DNA of 64,000 bases from Squalus acanthias (GCA_030390025.1 CM059431.1:119600001-119664000), one strand, 5' to 3'; shown: positions 49,737-62,591, numbered from the stretch's first letter. A program made the numbers and translations. Notes: generated by a model from the letters alone, not told the origin.

Positions 49737-50269
49737 AATTCAATAGCAAAATACTGCGGATGCTGGAAATCTGAAATAACAACAGAGTTTCTCCCTCCAC
49801 GGATGCTGCCTGACCTGCTGAGTGTTTCCATGCATTTTCCATTGTTATTGCAGTAATTCAAATCTGGCTACAGCTGGGTCAGGATTGGCAATTAAATATT
49901 TTGGGTATAAAATTTTCAAGAGGGATTGTGAATTGTGGATAGGAAATTGTGTATTAACAATAGAGTTTATCTCAAAATTGACTGAAATAAGGAGAATAAT
50001 TGTGGTGAAAAAGAGGAGGTTTTTTGCAGTAAGCTCAGGAATGTTTCTCAGTTAATATGTTGCTAGTTCAATGCGTTACAAAGCACTATTTAACCTAGTT
50101 CCAGGTAATGAAGTAAAGCAAGTAGGTGACCTAAAGTAGAGCACACTTTGGAATCAGTGACAACAGTATAATTATGTTGAGCTTCAGATAGAAAAGGGAA
50201 AATAATAGTTGAAGTCAAGGGTACCTAACTAGAAAAAAGATAATTACAGCAAGATAAAAAGACACACTG

Positions 50270-51000
50270 CCTAGATTAAATGGCAGGAAAAACTGGCAAA
50301 CAGTAAGCTGGAGAGATTTAGGGTGGGAATTCCAGAACCTAGAGCCTGGGCAGCTGAAGGCATAACCACCAATGGTGGAGCGATTAAAATTGGGGATGCG
50401 CAAGAGGCCAGAACTGGAGGAGCGCAGAGATCTCGGAGGGTTGTAAAGAAAGATTTGCATTTATATAATGTCTTTCACGACCACCGGACGTCTCAAAGCG
50501 CTTTACAGCCAATTATGTACTTTTGAAGTGGGGTCACTGTTGTAATGTGGGAAACGCGGCAGCCAATTTGCGCACAGCAAGCTCCCACAAACAGCAATGT
50601 GAAAATGACCACATAATCTGTTTTTGTTATGTTGGTTGAAGGAGAAATATTGGCCAGGAGACCGAGGATAACTCCCCTACTCTTCTTCGAAATAGTGCCA
50701 TGGGATCTTTTACGTCCACCTGAGAGAACAGACGGGGCCTCGGTTTAACATCTCATCCAAAAGGCGGCACCTCCGACAGTGCAGCACTCCCTCAGCACTG
50801 CACTGGAGTGTCAGCCTAGCTTTATATGCGCAAGTCCCTGGAGTGGGACTGTGAACCCACAACCTTCTAACTCAGAGGTGAGGGTGCTACCAACTGAGCC
50901 ACAGCTGACACAGGGCTGTAGGAGGTTACAGAGATAGGGAGGGGTGAGACCATGGAAGGATTTGAAAACAAGGATGAGAATTTAAAAATTTAGAATATGA
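50270..51000 (-). mobile_element. L2 fragment split by SINE
   Basis: GATCTCGGAGGGTTGTA|SINE|GGGCTGTAGGAGGTTACAG matches the reverse complement of 15380-15420. Confidence 0.8.
50446..50911 (-). mobile_element. tRNA-Deu SINE, full length
   Basis: Inverted homologue of 49278-49736. Confidence 0.88.
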
Positions 51001-52060
51001 AGATTAGGTTAGATTTGAAACTAAAACAAAGGAACATTTAATGCTTACAGAGCAGATATTCATATTGAAATCCAGGACAAATATAACGAATATTTAGAAG
51101 ATCCCAAAGGCAAAGAAGGAAGACTGAGAAAAATAACAAAAAACATAAAAGACAATAAATAGACTTTATATAGGTACATTATATGAAAGTGTTATTTATA
51201 GATGAAGGAGGCAGGCAAAGACAAATGGAACTGTAGAATTTATTTAAACTTAAGGTAGATAAATCACCAGGACATGATGATTTATATCCAAGGATTCAGA
51301 GATGAGGAGAGATCAGAGAACCTGAAGCTCTTTTCACTAGAGTAAAGAATGTTAAGATAAGGGCTGACAGAGGTGTTTATGAAGGGTTTGATAAAGTGAA
51401 AAGGAAAAACTATTTGCATGGTCAGTGAGTCTGTAACAAGAAAGCATAAATTATGAACAAAATAACACAGGGAGAGGTTAGAAGCTTTTTTTATGCAGAG
51501 AGTTGTGTCCTACCAGAAATCTACAATAGCTTTTAAAAGGAAAATGGATAAATATTTGCTAAAGGGTATGTGGAAAGGCGGAGAATGGACTAAATGGATA
51601 ACTGTTTCAGACAGCTAACACAAGTGCAATGGGACAATTGATCATCTTATGTGCTGTAAAATCCTTCGATACTATGATCTTGAGGGAAGCTATTGAAGAA
51701 TTAGTAGAGGCTCCGACTAGAATTTTCCCTAAATTCTGTGGAAAGGAAAATTGTATCAGAGTACTTTAAGATGGCCATGTGATGCCCCTTTAAAAATAAA
51801 AGAGAGACCAGGATAAGTCAGGAAATTGTAGGCCGGTTAGTTTTACTTTACACAGACTGTGTTTGGAATGTGGAATTTTCTTCCATAAACCATTGTTGAA
51901 GTAGAGTCGATAAGTACTTTTAAAAAGGAATGAAATAATTACTTGAGAAAAAAAAAGAGGAACTTTAGAGTCTGGGGAATGGGCAGGAGAGTTAATTAGA
52001 CTAGGTGGTCATGTGGAGAAAAGCACTTATACAGATCTGCTGGGCCATATGGTCTATTTC
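51000..52060 (+). mobile_element. Cluster of ancient CR1 fragments
   Basis: DKSPG.D.LYPR, RDQDKSGNCRPVS and two degenerate 3' ends. Confidence 0.6.
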
Positions 52061-52430
52061 TGAAAATCCTTTGCGTACAGTGGCTCTTAGTTGGAGACAA
52101 ATGTGGCAACTGCTTTTTCTACAGCAAAGCCCCATGAAGAGCAATGAGAGGAATGACCAGTTAAATTGTTTTTGTTGGTACTGGTTGAGGGAGGAATGGT
52201 GACCAGGACAACTCCCTGCTCCTGCTCAAGAATAGTACAATGGTATGTTTAACTTTCACCCAAAGAGATAGATGAGGACTTAGCTTAAAATCTTACTAAA
52301 GGACAGGCCTCCTACAATTATTCCCTCAACACTACAACGGAGTGTCGGCTGGCTTAATTCTTAGAGTGGAGCTTAAATCCCCATCTTTCTGGTTCAAAGG
52401 CTAGAGGTCTACTAACTGTGCCACAGTGAA
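52060..52430 (-). mobile_element. Decayed tRNA-Deu SINE
   Basis: Colinear with 50540-50905. Confidence 0.65.
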
Positions 52431-53128
52431 TGTGAACACACAGTTGCTCAGCCCTGATAGCATGAGTACCAATCTACTAAAAATTAAGTTAAAGAATATA
52501 TATGATTTAAGAAGAAAGCAATTTACATAAAGCTATTGGAACGGTGGCAGTGACAATCCAGTAATCTTATCAAAAGATTCAGACTGCATGAATCCTGACT
52601 CCTAACTTGAGCTCAATGAGAAGTTCAAAAGAAAAACACAGGAGAAGCATAATCAAAAGAAAAGTTTTGCTATAAAGATCTCAAATCCAGCGGCCTGATG
52701 CTTCAGCTACGCAACAATGTTTTCTTTTCCTTCTCGTATTTTTGTTTTAATTCATTTTATGCCTAAACCAATCTTCGAAGAGATGAAACATTTTTTACAG
52801 AATGTCCTGCCAAAAATCTCTGTTTAGTGTCATTTACACATGATTATTAAAATACATTGTTCATTAAATTTCAAAGTATTAAACATAACTACATGTGATA
52901 ATGATCCAAAACCTTTGTGGGTCAATTCTGTTATAACATATGTTTTTAATTAGTGATTTAATCAAAACCTTTGCACTGCATGCAAGCGTGAAATTATCTA
53001 GATAAGTTCATACCCTTAACGTGACACCCTAGAAATCAGAAGATAACAGTGTGCAAGCACTTGCTGAAGGGTTAACAATTATGATCAGGTTTACGGGGAC
53101 GAAATAAGTTAAATTCTGTTTTGACAAT

Positions 53129-53872
53129 GGCCCAAAAATTAGTGTCTCTACGCGAGAGTACGCACTGTGTACTCTCGCGTATTCTGTCTCCAATTGCCGG
53201 TTTTCTGCATGCACTGCGCATGCGCTGAAAACCGGCACTTGGAGATTTCAAAAGAAGGCGGTTCCTAGGTGAACCGCGTGCGCGCTACAGGCTGCGCGCA
53301 CGCAGTGCACTTAGTGCTTTGAACGCGCAGGTAAGCATGGAAGATTTTGCACATAAAGAAAGGAGGCGTAAGACCCTCTTTTAACAAGGTAAGTAGTTAA
53401 TTAAGTATTATTTTGAATTTTTTTCAACAGGTATATCTTTTTTAGAGACTTTAAAGAAAGGTAAGTTTATTTTTATAACTTTTTAAAAGATTTTAAATTT
53501 TTTCAAAAATTTAATTTTTTGTTTAAAGTGGTTAATTTATTTAACTATACTTATTTTATGAATGTGATGGTTTTTCTTAAAATTTAATTGAGGTTTAGCT
53601 GTTCTTTTGAGGGGATATAGATTCATAGCTTTCACAGCACTTGCTGTGAAAACTATGAATGAAAGATGGTGTGCTGCCATTGGCTCTAACTGAATCACGT
53701 GATCCCACAGCTCGCACGAATTAACTGCGCCTGTGGGATACGGAAGCACTGCACAGCTGCTGTCTAGAAAATCAAGTTCGTGCGAGCTCGGAATGAAAAG
53801 GCAGGCGCGCAGTGAGATATCGCGGGGAAGCCTTACCCCCGCACGAAGGCTCCGTCATTAATTTCTGGGCCC
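53129..53872 (+). mobile_element. Harbinger family-B MITE (divergent subfamily)
   Basis: GGCCCAAAAATTA / TAATTTCTGGGCCC, colinear with 34510-35272. Confidence 0.88.
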
Positions 53873-53939
53873 ATGAGTCCACACCAAAATGTCACTTTAA
53901 CTGTACTGTAGCGCACGCTAGAAAGTCTTTATAACTTAC

Positions 53940-54415
53940 CTAGAATTTACAGCACAGAAACAGGCCATTCAGTTTATGCTCCACACAAGCCTCCTCCCAC
54001 CCTACTTCATCTAACCCTATCAACATATCCTTCTATCCCTTTCTCCCTCATGTTCTTAGCTAGCTTCCCCTTAAATGCATCTGTGCTATTCGCCTCAACC
54101 ACTCCATGTGGTAGCGAGTTCCACATTCTCACTCTCTCTGGGTAAAGAAGTTTCTCTTGAATTCCCTAGTGGATTTATTAGTGACTATCTTATATTTATG
54201 ACCCCTAGATTTGGACTCTCCCATAAGTGGAAACATCTTCTCTATGTCTACCCTCTCAAACTCTTCATAGTTTTAAAGACCTCTATCAGGTCATCCCACA
54301 GACCTTCTCTTTTCTAGAGAAAAGAGCCCCAGCCTGTTCAATCTTTCCTGATAGTTATAACCTCTCAGTTCTGGAATCATTCTTGTAAATCTTTATTACA
54401 CCATCTCCAGTGCCC
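53940..54415 (-). mobile_element. CR1 3' fragment
   Basis: Reverse complement of the CR1 C-terminus and UTR. Confidence 0.85.
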
Positions 54416-54732
54416 CTAACTTAAAAAGAAGAATAACTGTAAGAAGTACTAAGTTCACCATATCCTCCCATTGCGTGATTTTTGCATCAAAGGTTCCATG
54501 GGGGAGAAATTCGGTATCGCCCCGTTTGGGGCGCAATTAGTGGCCGGGCGCAAAGTTTAGCCTGGCTCCGAATGCAAAATTGGCTTCTATCACCCCTGGA
54601 GGTGATTGGAGTGCTAAATCAGGTGCTACACACCTCTCTTAAGGCACTAACGCAGAGGAGAGAGGCGCTAACTCAGAGCATTGGCAATGGAACACAGACA
54701 CACTGGCACCAGCCAGTTCTTAAAGGGGAGGG

Positions 54733-56399
54733 TGTAAGGGTTTTTGTCTCTCAGCCTGTGAGATTCGTGTGGCTCTGTGCAGCCCGGGTGCTGGTCTCCA
54801 GCCAGTCTGGGAGCACTAGACACACCTGTGAGTGGTTCGACCCACTCGCCCTTACGGTTCTAGACACTGGACTTAGATGCGAGAGCAGTAATGGAGATGA
54901 AACTCAGGTAGACTCGGTTGAATGGTACGAAATGGAAAATCTTTATTGCATAATACTTAAGATTACGAAATACATGTCATAAGCACAGATTAATGACAGT
55001 ACAATCTTACACGCAGTTATGTAACTAATTTCGGGGAAACGAGGAACGAACGACACATCGTAAATGGGGGCACACATTACAATTATCCTTAATACTTGAA
55101 ACCCTCCCCTATCAATATCTGTCCTAAGCTAGATTCGTAGGATTCGAGACTCATGCTCACCACTCGTGATAACTCGGAGAATTCCGAAAACTCTGATCGG
55201 ATGTTTTTCACCGCAGCGCCCACGTGTCGATCAGGGGGTCTCCTGGCCCCACTTGTTTACTCGTTTCTGCTCCGGCTAGCAGGCTGGAACGTCTGCTGTC
55301 ATGAAGATCTGTGTTGTCCTCGGAGTTCCGACTCTACTCAAAAAAGAGTCTTCCTGTGCCCTCACACCGGTTCGATAAAACTCGAAGAAGAGTCTTCCTG
55401 TGTCAGTTCTGTAGAACTCAAAGAAGTCTTCCTGGCAAGGAAAATGTCTATTCGACCTACAGGCGTGGTCGGGGCTTACTGACCGTGGCGATAAGTATGG
55501 TCTTCTTCTCTTCTCATCTCATCTCATCTCATCTCATCTCGGGCCTTCGGTTCCAACACCGTTTACCGACTTATCGGAATGGTGTGCCCGCTTCAAGGCT
55601 TCAGAGCCCAGTTCTACACAGGTCTTCGCGACACGACACGAGGTAGATTCGAGCGGATCGTAAAGTTCAACAGTCTTTTGAAAAGAGACACGAGGCAAGC
55701 AGGAACAAGACGGCGAGTCAAGAGCACAGGAGCAGCCACGAGGATAAGAGTCAACCGAATAAGAGAAAGATGGACGGTTTGGGGCTTGCAATTATAGTGC
55801 AAAATCTTCCATTTCCCGCCCAACCTTAATGTCTTTTCTTTTGTTAGGGTTTGGCGCTCAAATGTCTTGTATAGGGTAATCTTTGTTTTAATGGGTTTCG
55901 GGGCTACTCGTAAATGTCTGAGTACCTGTTAATATTTCTCCCATTGTTTAATCGGTCGGTGTTCTCCCTGGAGGGGTTTTTGGGCTTCCAAGTGTTTTCT
56001 GTAACTACCCGCTAACGGCTCTCTCATCGTAGAGTCGTTGGGATTCTACATATTAATGTCTTTGGATGGGTTCTTGATTACTTGGTACAATAGCTTTTAT
56101 TCGTACCTGGGAGACCGATTTCAGTATTTATGTGTATACTGTAAACCCATGATGTCTCGTGTATTATCTTCAATGTGCTGAGTCTTAATCGATCTTGCAC
56201 AAATGTTTACTGGAACGCCATCTTGTCTGCCTGTTGAAAAGTCTAGAATGTTCTGCCACGAGGTGCGGCGGCCATTTTACAAGCTGCTTGTGTCCACTTT
56301 GAAAAACCTGACAGCATTCTGCTGAAATAAAAGCTGTTTGAACGAAACTATGTGTTTTTCTCCTTATTTATAAAATCGCGATATATTGCGAATTCTACA
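54733..56399 (-). mobile_element. Long solo LTR-like insertion (1667 bp)
   Basis: TGTA...TACA termini and perfect 4-bp TSD AGGG. The empty site is seen in the MITE at 25621-25645. Minus-strand AATAAA at ~54942. No gag/pol homology seen. Confidence 0.85.
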
Positions 56400-56492
56400 A
56401 GGGTCAATCTTGCTCTCCAGCCACACCCTGGTCATTGCAGCCTTGAATCTCGGCCTGGACAGACCTCAACTTCAAAGCTGCTGCAAGGAACA

Positions 56493-58388
56493 ATGGAGAG
56501 GCCCAGGGAATGAGCTCAGCACTTCAGCGACGGGGCCTTCGTGGCTCTGGTTGACGCAGTGGAGCGCCAAAGATCAATACTGTACCCACAGAGTGGCAGG
56601 AGGCCATTGCCCCACAATTATAGAAGAGTGTGGAAGGAGGTGGCTCAGCACGTCTCCTCCAGGAGCATGGTGCCCAGCACCCACACACAATGTCAGAAGA
56701 AGTTCAACAACCTCACTCGGGTGGTCAGGGTGAGTGGCTGCTTTTCACTACCTCTACATCCCTCCATCTCAACCTCAATCTGTGGCCAGAGGGTTTAAAA
56801 ACCCCAAATGCCCAACACTCATCCAAGACCTTTGGCCATCTCATAAAACACACACGCACATTCCACACCTTGCATACATTAAGGGATATTCAACTATGAG
56901 AGGCACATCAGGCAAGCACATGGCTGCATACATTATGGGCTATTCAACTACGGGAGGCACATCAGGCAAGCACATGGCTGCATATATTAAGGGCTATTCA
57001 ACTACGGGAGGCACATCAGGCAAGCACATGGCTGCACATTTACTCAGACACCATCCTTTTTCTTGCAGGCCAAGCTATCTCATAATAGGCGTCAGCAGCA
57101 ACGGACGGGTGGAGGGCCAGCTGAGCTGCAGACCCTCAGCAATTTGGAGGCGCGCGTCCACAGGATCATTGCTAGTCAGGTGATAGGTCCCGTGGCCGCT
57201 GCAGAGGTCGACCCCCTTGGGGACAGCAATGGTACGTTCATCAGCTTTCTCTCCTCTCTCATTCTACTTGTCCCTCACAACACCAGCCTTTTACGCTTTC
57301 AATCCAACTTACTAAATCTCTCCAGTTCTTGCCCCCTTACTGCCCCCCTGTCCTGATGCTAAAGCCACTCTTGTACCTCCCTGCTTTCAGATGGTGAACC
57401 ACCAGCTGAGGAGACGGGCCCTCAACTAGCCAGTGGGAGCGACACCACAGGCGAGGAGGAAGAGGAAGCCGGAGCCTCAGCGCCAGCGTCTCCCAAGGGA
57501 GCCCATGCCCACACTGGGAACACGCCTTCCCTGGAGGGGAGCAGGGGGGAAGGGTCTGATGAGGGTGAAGCTCCGGGACCCAGCGGGCTGCAGCAACGCC
57601 ATGGGGGTAGGGAAGCTCGGGGGCCTTCTCCCCGGAGGGAGAGCAGGCCAGCGAGTCCTACTGCACTGGATGCAGAAGAGGAGCGGCTCATCGTGGAAAT
57701 GAGCACCCAGGCGGTGAACATGCACACTCAGCTCATGAGTGCAATGGGAAGGGTGCCCGAAAGCATTGATGGACTGGCAAGGAGTGTGGAGCACTCCGCT
57801 GCGGCACAGGCCGACGCAACGCAACGGCTTAGTGCTGCAATTCAGTCACTGGCTGCTGCCATCCAGTCTCAGACTGCTCTCATGCAGTCTCAGATAGATG
57901 TAACGCAAGCACTGACTGCTGCCATCGTCGCTGGTTCGGCCACATTGCCCTGGGGCTCTCACGGTGCCGCAGCAGGCCAGCAATCTGTGCTCGAGCAGAT
58001 TGCTCTGGATGCTGAGGTGCTGCCCTGTGGGAGTGCCAGTGTGTCGGTCGAGCAAGGAGGTGCTGTCCTCTCTGAAGATGAGAGCATTCCTGCTCCCACC
58101 ACTGTCACTTCCCCATTGCACTTGCCATCACCTGCAACACAGCCAGCCCAGACTGCTGCTGCCCAGGCAGAGTTGGTGCAGTCTGCAGCCGGGGCCTCCA
58201 GACCCAGAGCTGGTCAAGGGTATCCTTCAAAGGCAACTGTAGTCTCAGCATCTGACATTCAGCAGCCTTCCACCAGCCTTGCTGCAACCACTGGGCCCCA
58301 TTACGGAGGAGCAGTAGTGTGGGAAGGGGGAAAGTGCACGAGGGATGGAGATCACCCTCGAAGGGCAAACAGTAGGAGGTCTAAATAA
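56493..58388 (+). pseudogene. Harbinger Myb/SANT-like gene (exons 56493-56729, 57069-57231, 57391-58388), stop at codon 7
   Basis: ATG GAG AGG CCC AGG GAA TGA (CGA>TGA). Otherwise colinear with 42465-44155, with canonical splice sites. Confidence 0.9.
56881..57040. repeat. 54-bp tandem triplication in Myb intron 1
   Basis: AAGGGCTATTCAACTACGGGAGGCACATCAGGCAAGCACATGGCTGCATAYATT x3. Only a single unit in the sister element (~43718-43770). Confidence 0.93.
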
Positions 58389-58686
58389 ATGGTGGGAAAT
58401 GTTTTTATTGAAGGTTGAGGTTCATCTGATAACTTTTTGTTTAATGTTTTGCCGTTTTCTCCAGCTTGTGAGAACCAGTTATGTTAATTAATGATTTGTT
58501 GTGTTTGTTTCTATTAGTTTGTCCTGAATAAATGACACACAGAGTTTGTTAAATAAAAAAGTTGTTGTATTCAAAATGTACACGTTTGGCCTTTGGAATC
58601 ATTGCTGCCTAGGCCGGCTATAGGGGTTGCGGGTTGCTTTCCATGATGTTGTTCTCCATGCCAGACGCCATCTTCTGAGTAGGGGC

Positions 58687-59828
58687 CTAGAAGCGGCTTG
58701 TTATCAGCCGTTGACGGACGGCCCTTGCAGTTTCAACATTGTGGGCCTCCCTCCCGCCTTGATGCTGCTGCTGATCATCCTCCTCATCCACCTCCTCCTC
58801 CTCTTCCTCCTCCTCCTCAGGTGGTGCACCAATCCCTAGTGACATTGGCTGGGTCCTCAGGATTGCCAGGTTGTGAAGAGGGAGACTCGCTCAGGAGAGT
58901 ACTGCAGGGCTCCTCCTGAGTGGTCCAGACAGCGGAACCGTTGCTTGAGCACGCTGATCGTCTGCTCAATTATGTTCCTGGTGGCGATATGGCTCTCATT
59001 GTACTGCAGCTCAGCAGGGGTGTTGGGGTTACGGAGTGGTGCCATCAGCCAGGTGCAGAGTGGATAACCCTTGTCCCCGAGGAGCCAACCACTTAGGTGA
59101 TGCCGTGCCTGGAAAAGGCCTGGCACACCAGTCTGGCGCAGGATGAAAGCATCGTGGCTGCTGCCAGGATAGCAGGCATTGACGGCGAGTATCAGCTGTC
59201 TGTAGTCACAGACCAACTGGACATTTAAGGAGTGGTAGCCCTTGCGGTTTCGGAAAACCACTGCATTTTCATGCGGTGCCTGCAATGCCACATGCATGCC
59301 GTCAATGGTGCCCTGCACCATGGGGAAGCCCGCTATCCTAGCAAAGCCACATGCACGTTCATGCAGTTTGGCCCGGGTCATGGGGAAAGAGATGTACTGG
59401 CGTCTCCTTTTATAGAGGGCATTTGTCACCTCCCGGATACAGCAATGGACAGCGAACTGGGAGATATTGGCGATGTCCCCAGTAGCTGCTCGAAAGGAGC
59501 CGGTGGCATAAAAATTCAGAGCCACTGTCACCTTCAATGCCACCAACAGAGAAGTCCTAGTCCTCAGTTGAGGCTGCAGATCTGTTTGCAGCAGGTGGCA
59601 GAGCTCAGTGACCACCTCCTTGCTGTAGCGCAACCTGCGCAAACACTGCTCCTCAGACAAATGAATGTAGGAGAATTGTTCCTGGAATACCCTGGGAGGG
59701 TAAGATCTCCTGTGCAGAGGCCTGTTGGCCCTCCTCCCTCTGGCCATGATTGTCACTCTCTCTCTGCGTCTCTGATGCCTCCGATTCTGCAGGTGCAGGA
59801 TGACGCCCCGAATCAGTGCAGCCCCCAA
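58687..59828 (-). pseudogene. Harbinger DDE transposase with ~22-nt frameshifting deletion near the C-terminus
   Basis: GTIDGMH, LLGDKGY and RNIIEQTI. NIVVVCC is missing relative to the sister copy, the start codon reads TTG, and the homologous stop is at 58687-58689. Confidence 0.93.
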
Positions 59829-60612
59829 AGTCTCTTCTAAATCGATGCAAGGGAGGTCAAATCAAAAAGAACCTGCAAAGTGCTGCTCAGTACCCAAAAC
59901 TCCTTCACACAGCATTGAATCTCTCCAGAAGTCTCTCTCTCTCTCTCTCACAATCTCTCTCTCTCTCTCAGAATGCGTGGTGCAAAAATATCTCCGACAA
60001 AAAAAGGCAGGAAGAGGCCGCCTTTAAATAGCGCTCCCCCAGCCCCTTCCTGACTGCAAAACGTTCCCCTCTACCTGTCATTGCTATCGGCAGGCGGAAA
60101 GGAAGGGGGCACCACTCAATATCCGGTCCGGGGCGCTACCGGGACATTGCACGCTCGACTGATGTCACGATCTGCGGGCGCAGGAGATCGTGGCGGTAGA
60201 GTTTAGCGCCACCACAAAAACTCTGGTCAATTTTGCCAGCGGCGCAAACATCGCTGCACCCGGGCGCTAGTTGCTTTGCGCCCCGTTAGTGCCCTCTTAG
60301 GGCGCAAACGAGAGGCGCTAATCAACCGAATTTTTCCCCCCATATCTTTTATTGAAAAAGAAACTTTGACTTAGGCAGTTGAACTGAAGATTGGTTTCTA
60401 GCACTGGTGTGCACAACAACCAGTTACATAACAACAGCCTAGATGTATGTTAGGCTCTTCAGGGAGTAGGCAGAAAAGCAATACTTTATGCAGTCAATCA
60501 GACACAATTAAGTTATTAATGCTGTTACACCTGGTGGTGCGATTGGAATACAGATGGTTGTAAGTCAAGTGTCAGTGGTGAGGGGAAGATGCAAACTTAA
60601 AGAATTAATATT

Positions 60613-60962
60613 GGCCCGTATTTTCCGATCGGAGGCTTCCTGCATGCGGAGGCCTCCGATCTGGAAAAAAATCTATGAACTTACCTGAGGGCGCCCGAGG
60701 TGCGTATACTTCCGCACCTGGGCCTCTCCAAACTCGAAATGCACAGGGCCCACGAATCTCAGTGGCGCAGGCTGTTCGCAAGCGTCCCTGGGATCACGTG
60801 GGCCAGGCCAGCCAATAACAGAAGCAAATCTCCCTTCATACACTTGACAGATAGACCCGTCAAAAGTATGAATGGCGATCACCCCAAAAACACAGTAATA
60901 CATTAAATAATTTTTTTTTTTAAATCACATTTTTGAAATGAGTTAAAATTACAATAAATTAA
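60613..60962 (-). mobile_element. Part of a family-B-related MITE, interrupted by the Harbinger at 60963
   Basis: Starts GGCCCGTATTTTCC. GGGATCACGTGGGCC..AGCCAAT, hairpin and AT tract are colinear with 48400-48580. Confidence 0.7.
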
Positions 60963-61433
60963 GGGCCAGAAATTGATCTGGCTCTGTTCCCGCGGGTGTA
61001 AGGAGCAGGCGCGGTAATACATACCGCGTCTGCCGTTTCGTCTTTTCCACGGAGAAAATTCATCTTCTGGCTGATTGAGTGCAGGGCAGCGTATGACGTC
61101 ACACTGCCCTGCAGCGCAGCGTGCGCGTTGCATCGCGTGCGATGTGGAGTGAAGACACGCCCATTAAGGTCTCTTTTCCATAGGCCACGCCCCCGATTTT
61201 TTTCTCCACTGAAACCATTGTACAGCTGCTGAAGACACAGTTTTCTCACTGTTTTAGGTGGAATTTGCAGTAAGTAGGATTTAAATGCATGGTTTTGTAA
61301 ACTTTTAAAGATTTTTAGTATAATTTGAGTAATGTTAAACATTTGCAAAGAGATTTAAAGTAATTTAAATAGTTTTAAAAGCACAGAAATCATTTTTTTC
61401 AGAGATTTAACTGTTTATAATCAGCAAACGAAA

Positions 61434-62087
61434 ATGGCTGCTATCAGCACTATCCAATTTATCAAAAGAACACAGAATTTCAGTGATGATGATCTCCGTA
61501 CACTTCTTGACGAGGTAGAATCGAAACGTTCACGGATAATTGGAACTCAGAAGTCCAAGCCGCCGCGAAAAGGCCAAATGGCAGCGTGGAAAGAGGTTGC
61601 TCAAAGTGTGAGCGCAACCTCGACCATTCCACGTACAGCTGAGCAATGTCGCAAAAAATTCAGCGATTTGTATCGAACGCTGAAGGTTTGTATAGTTATA
61701 ACAAAAGTCAATGTTAAAATGTCTTAACATTTAAAATGAAAAGCCTTGAAAAAGTGTTTGTTTGCTAAGCTGAGTTAACTGAAGTCACAAGATGCTCCCA
61801 TAAATTTTTATGGCTTTTGTAGCCAGGCAAGTCTCATAAAATGCTAATGTCATCTTGATTGAAATGCTTTGAGTTGCTTACTGAGTCCTCTTGAAGGACT
61901 GTTGCAGAAACCCAATGTGGAAGTGCAGCTTAGTAAAAATGAGTCTCTTGAAGGACTCATGCGAATAATTTCTGCTGCAATTACTGTGACTCCATCAGAA
62001 CCAACCTTACCTGCTCCCAGCGCAGAATCAGTGCAGGTCCAAGAGCCACCAACGATGATGCAATCAAGAAAGCGCAAGAGACGTTAG
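61434..62087 (+). CDS. Short Harbinger Myb/SANT-like protein (exon 61434-61685; probable last exon 61908-62087)
   Basis: KRTQNFSDDDL..LL.EV...AAWKEVA..V....RTAEQCRKKFSDL. AAG|GTTTGT donor. TTGCAG|AAACCC joins in frame and ends in the NLS-like SRKRKRR. The splice model is uncertain. Confidence 0.7.
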
Positions 62088-62591
62088 GGTGTTGCATGTT
62101 CCACAATGCACATCCATTGACCCTCAGGAATAGTTTATTTGTGGTTAAATTTTTCAAGTGTTTAATTTTTAGTTTTATTTAAAACTTACATGTTTACATT
62201 TTTCTTTATTTATATATATATTTGACACTGAAACTGAAAGTTAGCTTTTCATTGAAAAAGTACAGCCTTTAGTCACTTTATAAAAATTCAAATTGTTTAT
62301 TTTCACAAAAAAATTGAACATTTAAACTTGTTTACATTTAGGAAAGAGTTATTTCCCATCTTGAATGTCTTTACTGCATTAACGAAGCAAAAAAGTTACT
62401 GAGAACTGTAAACAAATTTTTAAAAAACCTATTTCTGTTTACGATTGTTTACAAAGTTGAAAAGTAGCTAGTTAACATTGAAAAGTTATAAACTATGTAA
62501 AGCAACAATGAACCTCAGAAGTCTGTAATGCTGCAATAAAAGAGCACTGTTTCACTTTAAATTGTGTCTGTACCTTTATTTGCCTTGCTGG

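Larger units (their letters stand above)
54500..60340 (-). mobile_element. Complete PIF/Harbinger two-gene transposon (family A, subfamily 1) containing a solo LTR
   Basis: 16-bp TIR GGGGGAGAAATTCGGT / ACCGAATTTTTCCCCC and perfect TSD CAT (54497-99 / 60341-43). Transposase and Myb genes present. Confidence 0.97.

Noticed and set aside
54482..55823. Short ORFs in the LTR-like insert as accessory or viral genes
   Set aside because: No recognisable motifs, they overlap in several frames, and one crosses the insertion junction.
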